From positions 1 to 61,824 of the forward strand of contig JBAZKM010000012.1 in assembly GCA_041650805.1 (NCBI GenBank): 61,824 nt of DNA, in the 5' to 3' direction. The DNA is from Candidatus Omnitrophota bacterium. GTDB lineage: Bacteria > Omnitrophota > Gorgyraeia > 2-01-FULL-45-10. Positions within the stretch are counted from its first letter, which is position 1, and the number at the start of each line of letters is the position of its first letter. This document shows positions 55,866 to 61,824 of this stretch, piece by piece. Position numbers and translations under genes: made by a program. Under the pieces are notes generated by a model, which had not been told where the DNA came from, ran no database searches, and saw only the letters and a list, made by a program, of their open reading frames with translations.

Positions 55866-56873
55866 ATGCCTAAAAAAAATAGAATTTCAAAAACCTTGAA
55901 TCGCAAATTAAAAGATTTAGAAGCGCATCTGCATTTTTTAAAAGAATCTTTAGCAAAGTTAGCGACTGGCGATAATGCCTATATTAAATCTTTGGCAGCG
56001 GAATTAAGGGTTTTGGTTTGCGAGTCAAGCAGAACAGAAGGATTATTATGGAGATTGATAGATGAAATGCATTTATCCGATGATGTACATGTTCATCTTG
56101 CTGGCAATGTAGATCATAATCACTCTCTTAGCAAAGGGCTGGATTTTTTATTCATTCCTATATTTCGTGCTGGGTATGGTGACCCAAAGCTTCCTTCAGC
56201 ACAATATTCTTTAAAAATGATTATTAAAGAATGCGAAGCTATTGTGGTTGCCGGAGAGGGACATAGTCACGAAAAGCTGATTCGTAATGTAGCTGAACAA
56301 ATGGGATCTGCCCATGAAGATGATGGTGTAGAGCCACATTTAGTCGAACTCGAAGGGACTGTTATATCTAATCAAGTGGCTCTCGATATGGTTTTAATGT
56401 CCGAAGCCGATCTCGTATTAGAAATAGGTGAGAGAGTGCTTGCTATGGCAAAGCAAAATATCGGATTCGAAAGAACAAGCCGTCCAAGGGTAGTAATGCC
56501 GGATCTTAAAATTAAATATGATTCAGATGCGAAACATATGGATTTTGAGGGCAATGATAACGCTTTACCTTCAGAGGGATCAATAGTTTTTCAAATCAAT
56601 CACCCTCATCCAGATTGGTGCACCAACAAAGATGTTTACGACTTTGGATTATTGAAAAAAGGACCTTTGTCTATTCATTTAATTAAACATTCAGATAAAT
56701 CTATGGAAATATCAATAGATGGTCTTGCAGGGGCTGTTATTACAACTAGAAAATTAATACCGACAGGTACGAGACCAGGAGTAATGGTTGCTTTTACATG
56801 GAAAACAGGTGAGATTGTGTTTTATTTAAATGGTGAGTATGTAGATACTATTCAATATCAAAAACATGATTAA
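55866..56873 (+). CDS. Hypothetical AT-rich accessory protein (helical N-terminal domain, possible concanavalin/LamG-like C-terminal domain)
   Basis: Long ORF in an AT-rich patch; motifs LAAELRVLV and IRNVAEQMGSAHEDD; C-terminal VAFTWKTGEIVFYLNG. ATG 55866 preferred over TTG 55854. Confidence 0.7.
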   Translation: MPKKNRISKTLNRKLKDLEAHLHFLKESLAKLATGDNAYIKSLAAELRVLVCESSRTEGLLWRLIDEMHLSDDVHVHLAGNVDHNHSLSKGLDFLFIPIFRAGYGDPKLPSAQYSLKMIIKECEAIVVAGEGHSHEKLIRNVAEQMGSAHEDDGVEPHLVELEGTVISNQVALDMVLMSEADLVLEIGERVLAMAKQNIGFERTSRPRVVMPDLKIKYDSDAKHMDFEGNDNALPSEGSIVFQINHPHPDWCTNKDVYDFGLLKKGPLSIHLIKHSDKSMEISIDGLAGAVITTRKLIPTGTRPGVMVAFTWKTGEIVFYLNGEYVDTIQYQKHD

Positions 56874-56929
56874 TAATATGAGTTATATTCCTCAAGCATG
56901 GTCTAATTCATATAACTTATTGAAACCAT

Positions 56930-56977
56930 ATGACTAAGCCTAGTGTGTACATAAAAACCTTCGGTTGTCAGATATGA
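56930..56977 (+). pseudogene. Relic 5' fragment of a miaB-like gene (MTKPSVYIKTFGCQI*)
   Basis: 15 codons matching the MiaB N-terminal YIRTFGCQM motif but with different synonymous codons from the intact copy. Confidence 0.8.
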
Positions 56978-57004
56978 AAAATATGGTGAAGGTAACGCAG
57001 ACGT

Positions 57005-57255
57005 CTAAACGGCCCAAAATTCTCTCGCCACTGACAACCAAAAGTTCAAGACATGAAAAGAATAGTAAAGTCAGTGCCGGCTTCTAAGCGGCGGTCCAAT
57101 TTCTCGTCGGTGTCAACTCCGAATCCTAAACGGCCCAAAATTCTCTCGCCACTAACGGAGCCGAATTTTAAAACGTGTCCAAAAAATCTGTCGCTCCTTC
57201 GGGAGCTCCACATTTTTTGGACTAAAATTCGGCATGACAACCAAAAGTTCAGGCC

Positions 57256-57267
<12 letters not shown>
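57005..57267 (+). repeat. Interrupted direct duplication that includes the miaB start codon
   Basis: 28-bp block ctaaacggcccaaaattctctcgccact at 57005 and 57126; 32-bp block gacaaccaaaagttca(a/g)g(a/c)catgaaaagaata at 57033 and 57236; an 82-bp insert separates the blocks in the second copy. Confidence 0.9.
57160..57233. repeat. Nested palindromic element (REP/MITE-like)
   Basis: gccgaatttta/taaaattcggc, gtccaaaaaat/attttttggac and gctcc-TTCG-ggagc form three stacked perfect stems. Confidence 0.85.
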
Positions 57268-58583
<1,316 letters not shown>

Positions 58584-58587
<4 letters not shown>

Positions 58588-59333
58588 AAAAGGATCAAGG
58601 ACGTTTTATCTTTTATGCCATCCTTCTTGCGTTTGTGACGGGTTTCGCGATCCGAGCATATGCAAGCGAGCCGAGCATCACAAGGGCAGAGAAGTTCTTT
58701 CTCGAGGGGAGATACGACAGGACGATCTCCGAGCTCGATATGCTGATAGATTCGAGGTCATCCTCGAGGAGCGAGGCCTACTACCTTAAAGGGTTGGCCC
58801 TTCTAAAGCTGAAGAGGTTCGGCGAAGCGAGGGAAAATTTTTTCAAGGTCACATCGCGGTTCATGAGCTCGCGGAATGTCTTCGATGCCTATCTAGGCAT
58901 AGGAGATTCTTATTTCCTCGAGGGTAATACCGAAGCGGCCGTGCAGGCCTATAAAGATATACTTAAGAAGTACCCGGGAGATAAGAATATATCGATCGTC
59001 AAAGGCCGCCTGGAAGATTGTTACAGGGCCGCCCCGCAGATCGCGGGTAATACCCCTCCGGCCGTTAAGGCGGTCTCATCCTCCGGTGTGGAGAACCGTT
59101 TTTCTGTACAGGTCGGATCTTTTAAAAAGAGGACGAACGCCGTACGGCTGGCGGATAAGCTTAAGGCAAAAGGGTATGACAGTTATGTGGAGACCTCTGC
59201 CGACCCGTCATCCACCTTCTACAGGGTCAAGGTCGGGAGGTACGTATCCGGCGGCGAAGCGAAGTCGGCCGCATCCAGGCTGAAAGGCCTCGGTTACCCC
59301 ACGAAGATCTGCACAGATGAATTGTGCCGGTAA
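58584..59333 (+). CDS. Exported TPR plus SPOR-domain protein
   Basis: Signal/TM segment, TPR motifs (AYYLKG, AYLGIGDSY), C-terminal FSVQVGSFKK..NA..L..KL..KGY...YRVKVG. Confidence 0.88.
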
Positions 59334-60285
59334 GAAACCCACCGTAATTTTTATCGTAGGCCCCACCGCCTCAGGCAAGACCGTCCTCTCAATAAAGCTG
59401 GCAGCGCATATTCGCGGTGAGATCATATCCTGTGACTCCATGCAGGTCTACCGCGGCATGGAGATATTGAGCCAGGCGCCGGCCGTTCCCGAGAGGCGGC
59501 GAGTGGCTCATCATCTGGTCGGGTTCCTCTCTCCGGAGAAGGAATGGAGTGCCGCGCTCTTCAGGACTAAGGCGCGCCGCCTCATAGCATCCGCTGTACG
59601 GCGCCGCAGGGTCCCCATAGTAGCGGGAGGCAGCGGCCTCTACGTAAAGGCGCTCATAGACGGCCTCTTCCCGTCCCCGGAAGCGGACCCCGCTTTCAGG
59701 AAAAGGATGAATGCGGCCGTCCTGAAATACGGGAGCGGAAAATTACACGCCGAGCTCTCCGGTATAGATCCGGACGCCGCCGCGCGGATACACCCGAATG
59801 ACGCAAGGCGCATAATAAGGGCCCTGGAGGTTTACCGATCCACCGGGAAGACGATGACCGAGATGAAGGCGCGTACGATGGGGTTGGGCGATAAATATCG
59901 TATAAAGATATTCGGCCTGACGATGCCGCGGGCGAAGCTGTACGCGCGCATAAATGCGCGCGTCGAAAAGATCCTTGCAGACGGGGCGGTATGGGAGGTC
60001 GAGAGGCTCCGGGATAAGGACCTGAGCAAAACGGCTAAGGCGATCCTCGGCCTGAAAGAGATAACGGCCTTCATAGACGGCGAATATGATCTCGACACGG
60101 CCGGGGAGCTCCTCGGCAGGAATACGCGCCATTTCGCCAAACGTCAACTCTCCTGGTTCAGGGCCGACCGGCGGATCAGGTGGTTCGATGTGAGCCGGAC
60201 GCCCGAACGTGTAATTGTGAGGAAGATAATAAAAGAGATAAAGTCACCCGTAAAAGCTTCTACCGGTGACCTGGTGACTTTGTGA
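59317..60285 (+). CDS. miaA: tRNA dimethylallyltransferase
   Basis: GPTASGKT, DSMQVYRGM, GGSGLY, HPND.RRIIRALEV, FAKRQLSWF. Confidence 0.97.
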   Translation: MNCAGKKPTVIFIVGPTASGKTVLSIKLAAHIRGEIISCDSMQVYRGMEILSQAPAVPERRRVAHHLVGFLSPEKEWSAALFRTKARRLIASAVRRRRVPIVAGGSGLYVKALIDGLFPSPEADPAFRKRMNAAVLKYGSGKLHAELSGIDPDAAARIHPNDARRIIRALEVYRSTGKTMTEMKARTMGLGDKYRIKIFGLTMPRAKLYARINARVEKILADGAVWEVERLRDKDLSKTAKAILGLKEITAFIDGEYDLDTAGELLGRNTRHFAKRQLSWFRADRRIRWFDVSRTPERVIVRKIIKEIKSPVKASTGDLVTL

Positions 60286-60294
60286 CCTGGTGAC
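60263..60294 (+). repeat. Four degenerate octamers (NNNGTGAC) at the miaA/hflX junction
   Basis: ccggtgac ctggtgac tttgtgac ctggtgac; an inverted gtcac lies at 60243. Confidence 0.75.
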
Positions 60295-60301
60295 ATGATT
60301 T

Positions 60302-61540
60302 ATGGAACGCGCGATAACGATAACCGTTGATCTTGGAGGGCGTGACGGATGGACCGCGGAAGAGCGCTCCGCCGAACTGAAGGAGCTTGCCTCGTCCGCC
60401 GGGGCCAGGGTCATAAGGGAAGAGATAGTCCGCCGGCACGAGCCGTCGCCCTCGCATTTCATAGGCACCGGCAAGGCGGAGGAGATCGCGGACAGGTGCG
60501 CGGATGAAGGCATAGATCTGGTGATCTTCAATAATGACCTTACGGGAAGCCAGCAGAAGAACCTTGAAGAGGCCATCGGGGTAAAGACGATAGACCGTAC
60601 ACAGCTCATCCTGGACATATTCGCCCGGCGCGCCCATTCTAACGAAGGGAAGATCCAGGTCGAGCTGGCCCAGCTTCTATACCTGCTCCCGCGGCTTACA
60701 GGGAAGGGCATATACCTGTCGCGCCTGGGAGGCGGGATAGGGACGAGAGGTCCCGGCGAACAGAAGCTCGAGATCGACAGGCGGAGGATATGGACGAGGA
60801 TAACTAAACTTAAGAAGGACCTCGAGGACCTGAGCAGGCGGCGCGCCATGATGCGTAAGAATAGGGGCCGTTTTTCGATCCTGACCATCGCTATAATAGG
60901 ATATACCAATGTCGGCAAGTCGACGCTCCTCAATGCCCTCACCGATTCGGATGTCATCGTGCAGGACAAGCTCTTCTCTACGCTCGACCCTACGGTGCGC
61001 AAGTTCGTCCTGCCTAACAGACAGAGGGTCCTCTTTGTAGACACGGTAGGTTTTCTCGACCGCCTTCCTCATCACCTCATAGAGGCATTCAAGGCGACGC
61101 TGGAGGAGGTCATAGAGGCGGACATACTTCTCCATATCATAGATATAAGCCACCCGAAGGCCGCCGAACAGGCCAGCGCCGTATATAAGGTGCTGGAAGA
61201 GATCGGCGCCCACGATAAGCCGGTCATGACGGTCCTCAACAAGATCGACAAGGTAGAGAACGAAGTCGTCATAGAGAAGGCGCGTTCTTATTTTAACGAT
61301 CCTGTCGTCGCCTCGGCACTGCAGAGGAAAGGGTTCGATGAGCTTGTGGGGCGGATAATGGTCCATGCGCGCGCATTGACGGCCCCCGTCAAAGTGACAA
61401 TACCCGCCTCCGACGCCAGAAGATTGAACCTAATCTACGAGAACGGCCTCGTCACCCGCAAGGAGTATAAGGGCGACAGTGTCTACATCGAGGCCGAACT
61501 CCCTCTCCGTGTCAAAGAGATGCTCGAAAGGAAGGATTAA
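60302..61540 (+). CDS. hflX: Ribosome-splitting GTPase HflX
   Basis: IGTGKAEE, DRTQLILDIFA.RA, GIGTRGPGE.KLE.DRR, GYTNVGKSTL, DTVGF, AFKATLEE, NKID. Confidence 0.97.
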   Translation: MERAITITVDLGGRDGWTAEERSAELKELASSAGARVIREEIVRRHEPSPSHFIGTGKAEEIADRCADEGIDLVIFNNDLTGSQQKNLEEAIGVKTIDRTQLILDIFARRAHSNEGKIQVELAQLLYLLPRLTGKGIYLSRLGGGIGTRGPGEQKLEIDRRRIWTRITKLKKDLEDLSRRRAMMRKNRGRFSILTIAIIGYTNVGKSTLLNALTDSDVIVQDKLFSTLDPTVRKFVLPNRQRVLFVDTVGFLDRLPHHLIEAFKATLEEVIEADILLHIIDISHPKAAEQASAVYKVLEEIGAHDKPVMTVLNKIDKVENEVVIEKARSYFNDPVVASALQRKGFDELVGRIMVHARALTAPVKVTIPASDARRLNLIYENGLVTRKEYKGDSVYIEAELPLRVKEMLERKD

Positions 61541-61559
61541 ATTTTTCGTCTCCACCCCT

Positions 61560-61820
61560 CAGGCGTTTACTTTTGTGCCCGCCTTCCGCTTGTCGCAAAT
61601 TTGGATTAGGCATCCAAATTTGCTGTCCCAAAATTTTGATGGCCGATGAACCTGGTTACAAGGAAAGCGATTGTCCAGTTTCATCGTCCGTTCTGTATCG
61701 CCCCAAGGTACCCCGAACAATCTGAAAGATTGTTCGGGACCAGTCCTGCTAAATTCTTTGAATTTAGCAGGGTCAAAATTTTGAAGAGTCGCTCCAGGCG
61801 GGCACGAAAAGTTCCGCCTG
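61560..61820. other. ~260-bp closed multi-branched palindromic element (candidate structured RNA or MITE/REP-like element)
   Basis: Outer stem 61560-61584 with 61796-61820; perfect 12-bp hairpins at 61595-61623, 61712-61738 and 61745-61771; imperfect hairpin 61644-61686; inner stem from two caaaattttga copies. Confidence 0.7.
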
Positions 61821-61824
61821 CGCC

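Noticed and set aside
56878-56920. Imperfect inverted repeat atgagttatat/atataacttat resembling the operator half-site
   Set aside because: Short, in very AT-rich DNA, with different spacing and only an AGTTA core in common; chance is likely.
52194-57255. Prophage, IS or integron
   Set aside because: No integrase, transposase, phage structural genes or attC-like sites with the expected RYYYAAC/GTTRRRY ends were recognised.

Overview
Bacterial genomic window with three parts. The lineage cannot be proven from sequence alone. The giant secreted genes, many GT-C glycosyltransferases, eukaryote-type hexokinase and miaB-SPOR-miaA-hflX order are reminiscent of Omnitrophota-like organisms (inference). 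(1) 1-23.2 kb: four co-oriented minus-strand genes for large Sec-exported proteins (a 3'-truncated >679 aa beta-helix protein absent from the ORF track, two GH9 glycoside hydrolases of about 2535 and 1490 aa, and an adhesin-like protein of about 2955 aa). All four end in the same 43-aa DFGxxYGIW...GDxDGxGxDD repeat tail, and pairs of genes share >100 bp identical DNA in that tail. (2) 23.4-52 kb: a plus-strand run of housekeeping, signalling and envelope genes: RluA-family synthase, atypical purF, hexokinase, dinB, two HI0933 flavoproteins, maf, two sensor kinases and a receiver, feoAB, five GT-C-type and two GT2 glycosyltransferases, a sulfatase-like protein and a radical SAM protein. (3) 52-61.8 kb: an AT-richer accessory patch upstream of miaB, with a candidate nucleotidyltransferase toxin-antitoxin pair under a four-half-site operator, an unknown 336 aa gene, several relic copies of the miaB 5' end and nested palindromic elements, followed by miaB-SPOR-miaA-hflX and a ~260 bp multi-branched palindromic element. 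No rRNA, tRNA, CRISPR array, integrase or transposase was recognised. The best candidates for undescribed biology are the repeat-tagged giant-protein cluster, the miaB 5'-end insertion hotspot with its TA-like cassette, and the cloverleaf element after hflX.
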